From a virus (Duplodnaviria > Heunggongvirae > Uroviricota > Caudoviricetes), in the IMG/VR virus record IMGVR_UViG_2526164631_000048, positions 1 to 41,666 of that record: a stretch of DNA of 41,666 nt. One strand, given 5' to 3'. Both the position numbers and the translations under genes were made by a program. Below are positions 1 to 8,379 of this stretch, one piece after another. How positions within the stretch are numbered: position 1 is the first letter of the stretch; each line of letters starts with the position of its first letter. The notes below the pieces were generated by a model. The model saw only the letters and a program-made list of their open reading frames with translations. It made no database searches and had not been told where the DNA came from.

Positions 1-540
1 ATGAATCCGTTTAACGCCATTACTTTTGCTGCATTGTGCGGGCCTCTGGTTTGTCCTGCTGCTATGGCGCAGGAGTTCATCATCCAGCCAGCCCCTGTGA
101 TTGCTAAACCTTTTGAGTACTCTCCCTCTGTTGAGGAATTCTCACGCAAAATGGAAGAGGGTAAGGAGATCTTGCAAAAGTTAACAATTGCAGCAGATGA
201 CTACTATATCTGTTTGATTGATCTTAATAGCCAAGATGCTCGCGAGTTTGTTTCCAAAAACGGGACAGATACGACAGAGGCATGCGAAATGTTCCTGCGT
301 GCTTTTGAAGAAGAAGTGAAGCGTACAATTGAATCGCCTCTGCCTGAATTTATCAGGTCAGAACTGAAGGTTTACTGGCGTCATATTGCTAAAGCTCGCT
401 CATCTGTCACTCGCCTTAACAATTACATAAAGAGCATATTTAAAGAAACTGTTACTTTTAGCGGGCGCGCGGATCTTGCTGGAATTGCAGCACTAGCTAG
501 TCACACATCAAATAAGCTAAAATCGATGCAATTTCACTAA
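1..540 (+). CDS. Hypothetical protein with N-terminal hydrophobic segment; upstream partner of YafO-like toxin (possibly N-terminally truncated by window edge)
   Basis: ORF open from base 1; 16 bp gap to downstream toxin gene; AT-rich; no family recognised. Confidence 0.4.
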   Translation: MNPFNAITFAALCGPLVCPAAMAQEFIIQPAPVIAKPFEYSPSVEEFSRKMEEGKEILQKLTIAADDYYICLIDLNSQDAREFVSKNGTDTTEACEMFLRAFEEEVKRTIESPLPEFIRSELKVYWRHIAKARSSVTRLNNYIKSIFKETVTFSGRADLAGIAALASHTSNKLKSMQFH

Positions 541-556
541 CCGATAGCGGACGACC

Positions 557-991
557 ATGCATCTAGAAGTCTCTATTAATCCAGAAACTAGAGCTGAATT
601 TTTTGATGAAGTTTTTCTCAAATTCCCAGAGCTAGAGTCTTCTATCATTGATGATTTCAAGAGATACAAAGCAACCGGTGAGCTTCCGCATTATTTCGGT
701 AGGGACGTTGCGTATACTCAGCCTTATGGTGCTTTTCGGGCTGGGTTGATGCATATCCATCTTTGTCTACCGCCAAACAAGTTTCCCGAGAAACTTCCAC
801 AACCGGATAGGGTCTGCAAGAAAGGTGATCCTGATAATGATGCTTGTCTTGTGTATGTCCAAGGTGAGCTTTATGAGAATAAATATTCACTCATTGCTAT
901 TATGTATCCCGATGCACATGAAAAAGCAAGAAAACATGATGTGATGAGCTATCTGGCGCGAATTGCCCAGAATTATAAAGATGAAAACTAA
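557..991 (+). CDS. YafO-family toxin-like protein (ribosome-dependent mRNA interferase family)
   Basis: 144 aa; motifs FGRD..Y, HIHL, LVY.QG, LIAI..P..H.KAR align with my recollection of E. coli YafO; followed by terminator. Confidence 0.5.
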   Translation: MHLEVSINPETRAEFFDEVFLKFPELESSIIDDFKRYKATGELPHYFGRDVAYTQPYGAFRAGLMHIHLCLPPNKFPEKLPQPDRVCKKGDPDNDACLVYVQGELYENKYSLIAIMYPDAHEKARKHDVMSYLARIAQNYKDEN

Positions 992-1012
992 CCCGCCGAA
1001 GCGGGTTTTTTG
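992..1012 (+). terminator. Rho-independent terminator (cccgc-cgaa-gcggg + T6), probably bidirectional
   Basis: GC hairpin 992..1005 followed by TTTTTT; lies between convergent genes. Confidence 0.6.
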
Positions 1013-1017
1013 TGAGA

Positions 1018-1290
1018 TTAGTTATTTATTTTCCTATTTGTTCTTACCCTCTCCCATTCAATTCTGCCTTCTTCACGCCGTTTATCTATATATTCAGCAA
1101 GATCCTGAATGTTGATGCAGCGCTTTGCTTTCTGTGATGTACCAACACGATAAGTCGGGATCGGCAACTGGCATGCATTTGCTTTCGCTTCTGCTGTGTT
1201 AGGGCTCATACCGAAATACTTTTGGCATACAGCTGACAGCTCAATGTTTGGGGTATTGAATTCAGCCATCAGTAAAAACAAGGTGTTCAT
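1018..1290 (-). CDS. PrtN-family (pyocin activator-like) regulatory protein
   Basis: N-terminus MNTLFLLMAEF resembles PrtN MNTLFLLMAQY; GGAG RBS before ATG at 1290; ORF track start 1317 is GTG. Confidence 0.5.
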   Translation of the reverse strand: MNTLFLLMAEFNTPNIELSAVCQKYFGMSPNTAEAKANACQLPIPTYRVGTSQKAKRCINIQDLAEYIDKRREEGRIEWERVRTNRKINN

Positions 1291-1326
1291 AATTTTCTCC
1301 ATCAAAACCGGCTGCACCCGGGAAAA

Positions 1327-1902
1327 TCATAATTCTGTGCTGGTGGCAGGAATTAATTTCTGCCAGATAGCGGAAACATATTTTGCCTGATGACGGGCAT
1401 CAGCCAGGGCGTTGTGCCGGTCGCCATCGAAAGGCATGTCCATTTTGGGGTCGAATCCGATGGAACGCCCAAGCGTAACGATCGTGCGTACATCGTGGTC
1501 ATTCCAGTACGCCCACGGGCAGATTTGTCCTGCTCGCTCGTAAGCTCCACGTAAAATTACGTTGTCGAAGGTGGCCCCGTTACCCCAGACTTTTAAATAT
1601 TTCGTATTGTCTGCGTGCCGGTTAATGAAATGATTTAGTTCTGAGAGAGCATCGCTGATCGACAAAGTATCATCAATACAGATTGCAGCTCGTGCTTCAG
1701 GGCTTTGTTTCAACCACCACAGGATGGTATCGCCGTCAGGTGTAGCTCCTTGCCCCATAGCACTTTCCAGGCTAACAACCGTATAGAATTCTTGTCCGAT
1801 GTCTCCGGTTTCTGGAGTGAAGAACACCGCGCCAATGGAAACGATCGGTGCATCCTTATTTTTCCCCATCGTCTCAAGGTCGATCATTAAGTTGTTCATC
1901 AC
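1327..1902 (-). CDS. DnaQ-like 3'-5' exonuclease (DEDD family)
   Basis: 191 aa; MIDLETMG Exo I motif near N-terminus; H..ALADA near C-terminus. Confidence 0.7.
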   Translation of the reverse strand: MMNNLMIDLETMGKNKDAPIVSIGAVFFTPETGDIGQEFYTVVSLESAMGQGATPDGDTILWWLKQSPEARAAICIDDTLSISDALSELNHFINRHADNTKYLKVWGNGATFDNVILRGAYERAGQICPWAYWNDHDVRTIVTLGRSIGFDPKMDMPFDGDRHNALADARHQAKYVSAIWQKLIPATSTEL

Positions 1903-2450
1903 TTCACCTCCTGCGGCGGTTCCGGTAGCGGCATCCAGTGAGTTGCTTGCTCAATACCATTACCCGGCTTAATCGTTGCATCTCCGCGCCGAAAGGTGCT
2001 TCCGGTATAGCGTGCGGAGCATATTAGCGGTTCAACCAGAGAGCTATCGAAATTCACCGAAATAAGCACGTTCTGGCCCTTTTCAGGCATTCGATCACTA
2101 CAGATTATCCAACTATCCGGAGTTCCCGGAGAGTTGCCATTTACATCGAAGTTTGGCTCTGCGTCCTGAACCAGGAGGATGTAACCATTCTTGGCTGTAT
2201 CAAGTTCTAACGCCTCGGTGACGGTGCCGAAATAGCGATTACCTAAATCAGCATCACAAGTGCTTACATCAATGGAAACTTCCATGCCTTCGATTAATTC
2301 TGGCAAGTTGTAAGTTTGGCTTATAGGCTCTGCTTCCAGCGATGCCAGTGCAATTTCATAAGCACGGCGCTCAATATTGTCTCGAACGTCCAGGCCGCCT
2401 ATGCGCTCTTTGATTTCTTTAATCAGTTCTTTGTCGGTAAAAGTGGTCAT
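1899..2450 (-). CDS. DUF551-domain phage protein
   Basis: 183 aa; C-terminal W.PLPEPP-type motif; overlaps neighbours by 4 nt. Confidence 0.55.
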   Translation of the reverse strand: MTTFTDKELIKEIKERIGGLDVRDNIERRAYEIALASLEAEPISQTYNLPELIEGMEVSIDVSTCDADLGNRYFGTVTEALELDTAKNGYILLVQDAEPNFDVNGNSPGTPDSWIICSDRMPEKGQNVLISVNFDSSLVEPLICSARYTGSTFRRGDATIKPGNGIEQATHWMPLPEPPQEVK

Positions 2451-2812
2451 GCTGTAGCCCCTTCTTGATATTTTTCAAACCAGAACACAACCGGGTCAGA
2501 TTTCATTTCAACCAATCCCATACGAACCAGCGCCTTGCCTTTCCCGGACGCAAGGAATTCACGACGACCATCACTGATAATTCGCCGATAATCTTCCAGG
2601 CTACTGCAATGCTTGTGCAGATTGCATGGGTGGCATGCCGGAACCATGTTGGATATATCGTCACGTTCCTGGTGAAGCATATTTCCAGCAAAACGAATGA
2701 CCGGTTTTACATGGTCTGCATGCCACTTTTCGCCAAGTTCGCAGCCGCAATAAGCGCAGCGACCACCGAACTTCATGCGCAGTTCTGCACGTTGTTTTTT
2801 CGTCAGTGCCAT
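2447..2812 (-). CDS. HNH endonuclease
   Basis: CAYCG..H.DH..P and CHPCN motifs; AAGGAAAG RBS before ATG at 2812 (ORF track extends to 2902). Confidence 0.7.
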   Translation of the reverse strand: MALTKKQRAELRMKFGGRCAYCGCELGEKWHADHVKPVIRFAGNMLHQERDDISNMVPACHPCNLHKHCSSLEDYRRIISDGRREFLASGKGKALVRMGLVEMKSDPVVFWFEKYQEGATA

Positions 2813-2813
2813 A

Positions 2814-3032
2814 TCAGCTTTCCTTATATGGATTAATTTTATTGTGCAGTGTGTTGAACGACGCCCATACCACGTCGTTATACAATTCAATAACTGGCTC
2901 AATTATTTTCCCGATTGCCCATACCAGAATTAACGGGGATATCGGTATCATCAACACGATAAACAGAATGAGAAACAAAAATTCTGTCGCTCTACTTCTT
3001 CGCGGATATTCTTTTCTGAATAATGTCGGCAT
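2814..3032 (-). CDS. Small hydrophobic (membrane) protein, 72 aa
   Basis: ATG at 3032 preceded by AAGGAGAG RBS; central hydrophobic stretch FLFLILFIVLMIPISPLILVWAIG. Confidence 0.4.
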   Translation of the reverse strand: MPTLFRKEYPRRSRATEFLFLILFIVLMIPISPLILVWAIGKIIEPVIELYNDVVWASFNTLHNKINPYKES

Positions 3033-3033
3033 A

Positions 3034-3225
3034 TCACTCTCCTTTAGTGCGCAAGTGGTTTTCCCAGCGGTTTTGCGCCGCGCTGGGCTTATCTTTGACT
3101 CCCTCTCTGGCAATTCCAGAATATAAGTACAACACCACACGGCGATTGCTAACTCTCAACCACTGGCAGGGATAGCAACGTCTGTATACACGGGAAATAA
3201 GCATCTTTGCTTTACGGTTTTTCAT
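3034..3225 (-). CDS. Small basic protein, 63 aa (paralog of upstream ORF)
   Basis: Starts MKNRKAK; ATGA stop/start overlap with upstream ORF; Arg/Lys-rich. Confidence 0.35.
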   Translation of the reverse strand: MKNRKAKMLISRVYRRCYPCQWLRVSNRRVVLYLYSGIAREGVKDKPSAAQNRWENHLRTKGE

Positions 3226-3398
3226 CTTACTGCGTACCCTTTCTTTCGCCTGTTCTGTGACGCTGTAGGCTTACGCTTTGCGGCAAAAGCCACCTGACCA
3301 AATGGATGGAGTACTGCTATCTTATGGTTGCTGATAACCAGCTCCACCACACGCACAGGTCGCTGTAAAAAAAGTCGTTTTGCTTTACGGTTTTTCAT
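3222..3398 (-). CDS. Small basic protein, 58 aa (paralog of downstream ORF)
   Basis: Starts MKNRKAK; AGGAGAG RBS 7 nt upstream; shares 20-nt 5' sequence and K-P-x-A-x-Q-N-R motif with 3034..3225. Confidence 0.35.
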   Translation of the reverse strand: MKNRKAKRLFLQRPVRVVELVISNHKIAVLHPFGQVAFAAKRKPTASQNRRKKGYAVR

Positions 3399-3570
3399 CG
3401 TTTTGCTCTCCTGCGTTTCTTTGCTGCACGTCGTGCAGCTGCAATACCGGTATGGCGGTGCTTTGGTGCCGGGATGATGTTGTCAGCCATCAGGACATGT
3501 GGCTTTGCAATTAGCGCAGAAGCCCAAAAACGAGTCGGGTACGGTAACAAGTCGATACATGCCACACGCA

Positions 3571-4200
3571 TTACTCACCTTCTTTGATGCGAATGCCAGC
3601 GGCGCGTGGCACATTAACTTCCACGATGCGCACAGTTGGTTTGTACATCTCAATCGCTGTCAGCCAGTCAGCGCCGGTCATATGCTTTTCTGCATCGCCA
3701 TTAGTCCATTGAACCGGCACACCAATAGCTTTCATCGCAATTTCTATTTCCCCGGCAATGGCGCTTTTCCCGCAACCAGTAAAACCAGAGACAACGACAA
3801 GAACTTCGCCTTTGGCTGGTTTTATTTCCCGTGCTTCCAGTTCTGCTATGCGCTTCTCTGCGGCTTCCAGCTTGGCTTCTGCATCTTTGGCTCGCATCTG
3901 CCAGTTGATAGCGATGTCGATAACGCTGTTAGCACAACTGGACTCGTTCTCTTCGGCAGCTTTAGCTTCAGAAAGCTCATCAAGCAATCCAAGAACAACA
4001 GTTGGCGTGGCGAGCGTGATAAAACGCATATTGCTCATATGCTCTTCATCGCTGACCTCATCTCCAGCCTCGACCGCTGCCATGTGCTGAACATAGCCGC
4101 TATCACAGGTATTCCAGATTGCCCCTGCCTCGTAACCCCATTCACCATGTAGTGCTTTTTCTGCCGCCTCACGCAGTGCCTGGTAATTAATTTCGCTCAC
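3571..4200 (-). CDS. Ead/Ea22-like protein
   Basis: 209 aa; coiled-coil AEAKLEAAEKRIAELEA; typical position in lambdoid early-left region. Confidence 0.55.
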   Translation of the reverse strand: MSEINYQALREAAEKALHGEWGYEAGAIWNTCDSGYVQHMAAVEAGDEVSDEEHMSNMRFITLATPTVVLGLLDELSEAKAAEENESSCANSVIDIAINWQMRAKDAEAKLEAAEKRIAELEAREIKPAKGEVLVVVSGFTGCGKSAIAGEIEIAMKAIGVPVQWTNGDAEKHMTGADWLTAIEMYKPTVRIVEVNVPRAAGIRIKEGE

Positions 4201-4889
4201 TGACAGCCTCCTTTGCGAAGCTCTGCAGCGAAATATACAGCTGCGGAAACAATAGCTGCATGTCGGTATTCACCATCAGAAAAGAGAGAATCTCCCTTAA
4301 GTGCATTGACGATACTCTGATGATTTTTTGCCAGCATCTCCACACCCTGCGCCCGTACTTCAGCCAGGAAAGCATCTGTAGCCGGGGTTTGCGGCATACC
4401 TCCGTCTGTTGCGCAGATATACGCATCAGATAGTTCATCCTGCTCGCCATCAAACACGTAGCAACTCTGTGCGATAAATTTATTTAGCCCCGCATTCTCC
4501 GCCGCCAGCGCCGCGCAATTACCCTCCAGCTCTGCAATGCGCTGTTTTGCAGCATCAAGTTCAATCGATAATTTTTCCAACTGCTCTTTATGCTTCTTGT
4601 ATTCCTGATATGCGTGCCAGGACTGACCTTTGCGCACACTATCAGTAATATCAGTAATCTGTTCTGGTGTTAGCGTGGTCAGTGGCTGTGCTGGGAAAAT
4701 CAGCACTTTCCCGGAATCCCAATCAAAACCAGCGTGAATTGACTGAACCTCAACTGAGGGTGTTGAACCAATGCTGCCAGGCGAATGAACAACGATCGTT
4801 ACATCCATATCGCGACGATGGCTGTGGTTGTTGGACAAAATACGATTCACCAACTCAGAAAATTTGGAGAATTTCATGCGGAGCCTCAA
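4197..4889 (-). CDS. Ead/Ea22-like protein (paralog)
   Basis: Coiled-coil AKQRIAELE; shares a near-identical ~50-aa block with 5293..5877. Confidence 0.55.
   Translation of the reverse strand: MRLRMKFSKFSELVNRILSNNHSHRRDMDVTIVVHSPGSIGSTPSVEVQSIHAGFDWDSGKVLIFPAQPLTTLTPEQITDITDSVRKGQSWHAYQEYKKHKEQLEKLSIELDAAKQRIAELEGNCAALAAENAGLNKFIAQSCYVFDGEQDELSDAYICATDGGMPQTPATDAFLAEVRAQGVEMLAKNHQSIVNALKGDSLFSDGEYRHAAIVSAAVYFAAELRKGGCQ
4371..4518. repeat. Direct repeat copy A (~150 bp, near-identical to 5538..5697)
   Basis: Long identical runs seen directly, e.g. gcgcagatatacgcatcagatag...gccccgcattctccgccgccagcgccgcgca. Confidence 0.8.
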
Positions 4890-5296
4890 TATGCAAAATA
4901 GACCGTTGCCACGCCGTTATAGTGATCAAACGATACGGCGTTTACTTCATAGCTGGCAGGGAGCTTCGAGCCGAGAACATATCCGGGCCACGTTTTCCAT
5001 GGAATTTCTCTACTCTCACTACCCCCATATACCGTACATCCAAGTGAACCTACAGCCTCGTCAGAACGTTTGCCGCATGTTATGAAACCTATATTTTTCT
5101 TGCTGGTCTTAATGGCGATTGGGTGAACACTGGCTGATGCATTGGCAGCACGCTGTGACTGTTGGTTTGCGATATTCGCAGAGTTCGCAGCAGCTACAGC
5201 AGCCATGGTCGCGGCGGTAGATGCCACAATAACTGCTGAAGCCTGCGCCTGTTGGGTAATGGTCAGCAATGCCGCCACAAAAATCATCTTCTTCAC
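4886..5296 (-). CDS. Secreted/periplasmic hypothetical protein with Ala/Ser/Asn/Gln-rich linker
   Basis: GTG start with AAGGAG RBS; signal-peptide-like MKKMIFVAALLTITQQAQA; two Cys in C-terminal part. Confidence 0.45.
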   Translation of the reverse strand: MKKMIFVAALLTITQQAQASAVIVASTAATMAAVAAANSANIANQQSQRAANASASVHPIAIKTSKKNIGFITCGKRSDEAVGSLGCTVYGGSESREIPWKTWPGYVLGSKLPASYEVNAVSFDHYNGVATVYFAY

Positions 5297-5877
5297 TTGT
5301 CAGCTCCTTTGCGAATCTGTTCCGCCCATTCTTCAAGGGATTTCTCCGCATATTCACCGGACAGGCCATCAATCGGGTGCGGTTCATTAGCCAACTCTTC
5401 TTTCGCTGACAGAATCATGCGCGTAACGTCGAAAACTTCACGTAAAGACTTATTGATAAATCCGTGGTTGAAAGCAGCAGCAAGACGGCTTGCGGTATAG
5501 TTAATCCCCTCGTTGCGAGCCGCCGCACGAATTTCAGCCAAAAAAGCATCGGTGGCTGGGGTTTGCGGCATCTTTCCGTCTATTGCGCAGATATACGCAT
5601 CAGATAGCTCATCCTGCTCGCCATCAAACACGTAGCAACTCTGTGCGATAAATTTATTTAGCCCCGCATTCTCCGCCGCCAGCGCCGCGCACTTGGCCTC
5701 AAGGTTATCAATCGTGATTCCAGCAGAACGGCACTCCCGCAACGCCGTTTCTAGTTTTGATTCAAGTTCACCGAACTTACGCACCAGGTATTCAGCATCC
5801 GTTTCATTCACTTTCAGATCTTGCGGTACACATTTCCCGAGAAGAAACCATTCCATTTCGAAAACATTCATGCGCAT
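5293..5877 (-). CDS. Ead/Ea22-like protein (paralog)
   Basis: Shares the block CAALAAENAGLNKFIAQSCYVFDGEQDELSDAYICA with 4197..4889. Confidence 0.55.
   Translation of the reverse strand: MRMNVFEMEWFLLGKCVPQDLKVNETDAEYLVRKFGELESKLETALRECRSAGITIDNLEAKCAALAAENAGLNKFIAQSCYVFDGEQDELSDAYICAIDGKMPQTPATDAFLAEIRAAARNEGINYTASRLAAAFNHGFINKSLREVFDVTRMILSAKEELANEPHPIDGLSGEYAEKSLEEWAEQIRKGADK
5538..5697. repeat. Direct repeat copy B (~150 bp, near-identical to 4371..4518)
   Basis: Same sequence block as copy A, seen directly. Confidence 0.8.
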
Positions 5878-6416
5878 TTGCGTAACTCCGATAACTCGTT
5901 AAAACGTTCCATAAACATCCCGTAGGCATGGCCTGGTGACAGTGGAATAACTTTGAACATCTCTGTTGCCGGGATGCCTTCCAGTACAGGCCAGAAAGAG
6001 CCATCATCAAGCCCGAGATCGCGGCGTTCGGTTGCCAGCATAATGAGATCGGCATATTTCACTGGCGTGCTCATAACAGGAGGTAACCCGTATTTCTCAC
6101 GGATTACGGCGTCTATTTTTTCTTCCATCCGTTTATAGTCAGGAAGAAGGCGTTTCAGTGGCGCGGGAATGTCCTGGCAATACGCTTCTGTTGCATCATG
6201 CATTAACGCTTCAAAAGCAAATTCCTGCGGTACCAGCTGGCTGCAAAGCACCGCATGTTGGGCGACGCTGTAGAAGTGTGAAAGATGTCCTGCAAAGCGA
6301 CAGATATTTGAAAGGGAAACCGCGATATCGTTAATAACGATGTCATCTTTATTTATCTTGTCATAATAAAAATGTTTCCCGGAAAAAGTTTTAATAAATG
6401 ACATTTCGTTCTCCAC
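5868..6416 (-). CDS. HD-domain phosphohydrolase (YfdR-like)
   Basis: 182 aa; H..HD-type motifs (FAGH, MHDATE). Confidence 0.6.
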   Translation of the reverse strand: MENEMSFIKTFSGKHFYYDKINKDDIVINDIAVSLSNICRFAGHLSHFYSVAQHAVLCSQLVPQEFAFEALMHDATEAYCQDIPAPLKRLLPDYKRMEEKIDAVIREKYGLPPVMSTPVKYADLIMLATERRDLGLDDGSFWPVLEGIPATEMFKVIPLSPGHAYGMFMERFNELSELRKCA

Positions 6417-6532
6417 TTTATATGCGCTGCACCGCGTTGAATTCTGCTAAAAGGAAGCTCTCACCATCCGGTGATTATTGAGTTAATTACGTTTCCATAA
6501 ATGCCCCCGCAGGGGCATTAGCAGTAATGAAA

Positions 6533-7357
6533 TCAGGCGGTGAAAGTACCAATAAAGGTTTCTACTTTGCTGTCTTTGAATTTCTCAACAAGCAGATCAC
6601 GAAATTCGTTAGCCATTTCTTCCTGCACTGCTTCCAGCTGAATAATGCGCAGAACCAGTACAGGACGATCGCCAGTGATAATGCTGAGGCGTAATTTAAA
6701 CGGACGTTCTTTCAGACCTTCAAACGGAACGCATTTAAATTCAAATGCCACTGGCATAATATCTTTGGTCTTCGCTTCGACAGACTCCATCAGGGAGCGT
6801 TTTCCGCTGAAGTCATTATCTTCAAAATCAGCGGTCTGGTTTGCTTCAATCGTGATTTTACGGACAGCCGCAGCCGCTTTTGTTGCCTGAATAGCGTCAC
6901 CATTAGCATCAAAGCCCACAAGGTAGTCGGCCCAGTCTTCAATCCATTCTGCCAGTGACTTCTGGGAGTTACGCTCGCCATTAACAGACAACAGAGCAGA
7001 AAACGGTGCTGTCTTTTTTAGTTTGAGAGTGGCGGTGTTATCTGCGTGACCTGGTTCATCAATAGTACCCAGGTTAAGCACACTGACGGCGCGCATATTA
7101 TCGGCATCGATAAAGCAGCGGGTGCCTTCATCTGCAAGATCTTTAGAATAACGGGTAAAGTCATCGATGCTGGCAGTGGAAAGCGCACCACGGAAACGGA
7201 AGCGATTTAAATTAAATTTTTCCAGATCATGAATGCGGAAATTCTCAGGCAATGCCACAGCATCGGCACCAATCTTACTGATAATTTCATTAACACCCTG
7301 AGCAGAAATAAGGGCATGGATTTGATTAATTGCGGTTGCGTCTAAGTTCTGAGACAT
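6533..7357 (-). CDS. YfdQ-like (DUF2303) phage protein
   Basis: 274 aa; size and N-terminus resemble E. coli CPS-53 YfdQ as I recall it. Confidence 0.55.
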   Translation of the reverse strand: MSQNLDATAINQIHALISAQGVNEIISKIGADAVALPENFRIHDLEKFNLNRFRFRGALSTASIDDFTRYSKDLADEGTRCFIDADNMRAVSVLNLGTIDEPGHADNTATLKLKKTAPFSALLSVNGERNSQKSLAEWIEDWADYLVGFDANGDAIQATKAAAAVRKITIEANQTADFEDNDFSGKRSLMESVEAKTKDIMPVAFEFKCVPFEGLKERPFKLRLSIITGDRPVLVLRIIQLEAVQEEMANEFRDLLVEKFKDSKVETFIGTFTA

Positions 7358-7422
7358 AATAAGTCCTCACTATATAAAGATATTCAGTGATGAGATAAAT
7401 AATCAGTTAATTAAGAACGATA

Positions 7423-7785
7423 TTAATGACCTGCTGCGCGGAGTTTTCCGTCAGGTTCACCGGCAAGAGTCAGTAATTGTCCCTGGTCTTCCTGCAGAAT
7501 AGTCAGGCGACCACCGCGATTGACATACATCGGCGTTTCGGTGGTGTCTTCTTCGGAAATTTTCCCGCGGTTAGTTGGGCGAACATATGAGAGTTTGTGT
7601 TTGATTTTCACACGGTTCTCATCAAACGGTTCGATTTCCAGATTGAGTGAGACCTTCCCTTTGGTTTTCGTGTTCATCACACCGGAAGCGACTTCACTGA
7701 GAACTGCGCCGATTTTGGTTTCAAATACGCCGCCGTCCAGCTCCCCGATAAATGCCTGCACATCAGTACTGCGTTCGCTAGCCAT
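7423..7785 (-). CDS. YfdP-like hypothetical phage protein (120 aa)
   Basis: ATG at 7785 with AGGAG RBS; ORF track extends to 7971 with no RBS-supported start. Confidence 0.5.
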   Translation of the reverse strand: MASERSTDVQAFIGELDGGVFETKIGAVLSEVASGVMNTKTKGKVSLNLEIEPFDENRVKIKHKLSYVRPTNRGKISEEDTTETPMYVNRGGRLTILQEDQGQLLTLAGEPDGKLRAAGH

Positions 7786-7833
7786 TTTGCTGCTCCTCAT
7801 CATATCGACCCTGCAAGGTCGGTTGGTTTCTCC

Positions 7834-7922
7834 ACAAAACAGAGAAGAACACCTGCGGTGGCAGCCGCCCGGATGGATTGGGTTATGAGCCCGTCGTCCG
7901 GTGATGCTCTTCTCTGTTTTGT
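7834..7922 (-). other. Long hairpin: 15-bp perfect stem (ACAAAACAGAGAAGA / TCTTCTCTGTTTTGT) around a ~59-nt structured loop
   Basis: Perfect inverted repeat seen directly; sits between a leftward terminator and the first early-left gene. Confidence 0.6.
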
Positions 7923-7968
7923 AAAAAGAGCGGTACCAGCCGGAAGCAAGTGTACAAACTGGTACCGC
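7923..7968 (-). terminator. Rho-independent terminator on minus strand (10-bp stem GCGGTACCAG, then U-run)
   Basis: Stem 7930..7939 / 7959..7968; plus-strand AAAAAGA at 7923..7929 gives the minus-strand U-tract. Confidence 0.5.
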
Positions 7969-8379
7969 CAAAGCAGTGGCTGTTGTGGTGACCGGTGCTG
8001 ATCTCCGGCTTGCGGTTATTTCAGACTCTCACGGGCGTTTAATTGCCCCGCCGAACAGCTCTTTTCCGCATTAGCTGCAATGTCTTTCGCGCATCAGCCT
8101 GCGCATTCACCACAACGCTGAGAGCACTTAGCCAGTTACGGCACCACACTTTGTCGCGGTTCCATAAATGCCCTCATCGTTGCACCCTGGTCTCTTCCCA
8201 GGTGTCAAACCGAACCGCCACGCTGGTTAGGCGTCTTATCAGCATCATCATTGACTTGCACATTCCGGCTACCTGGTTTGTTTGCCCGAGCAAGGAGTGG
8301 ATTGTCCCCTTTAACGTCCCCAGACCGCTAACGACGCATGTGCCATACGCCGTGTTACAACCAAATTTTGTTTAATCTT

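Noticed and set aside
3499-4152. 217-aa plus-strand ORF antisense to the Ea22-like gene
   Set aside because: Lies entirely opposite a better-supported minus-strand gene; reads as low-complexity Ser/Ala/Phe-rich sequence with no RBS. Likely a GC-driven shadow ORF.
7834-7968. Retron ncRNA (msr-msd), given the long perfect inverted repeats
   Set aside because: No reverse transcriptase gene is present anywhere nearby and the structure is better placed as a terminator plus leader hairpin.
8043-8375. 110-aa plus-strand ORF in the region left of cI
   Set aside because: No RBS, Arg/Ser/Thr/Leu-rich junk-like composition, and it runs against the expected leftward transcription. Treated as non-coding.
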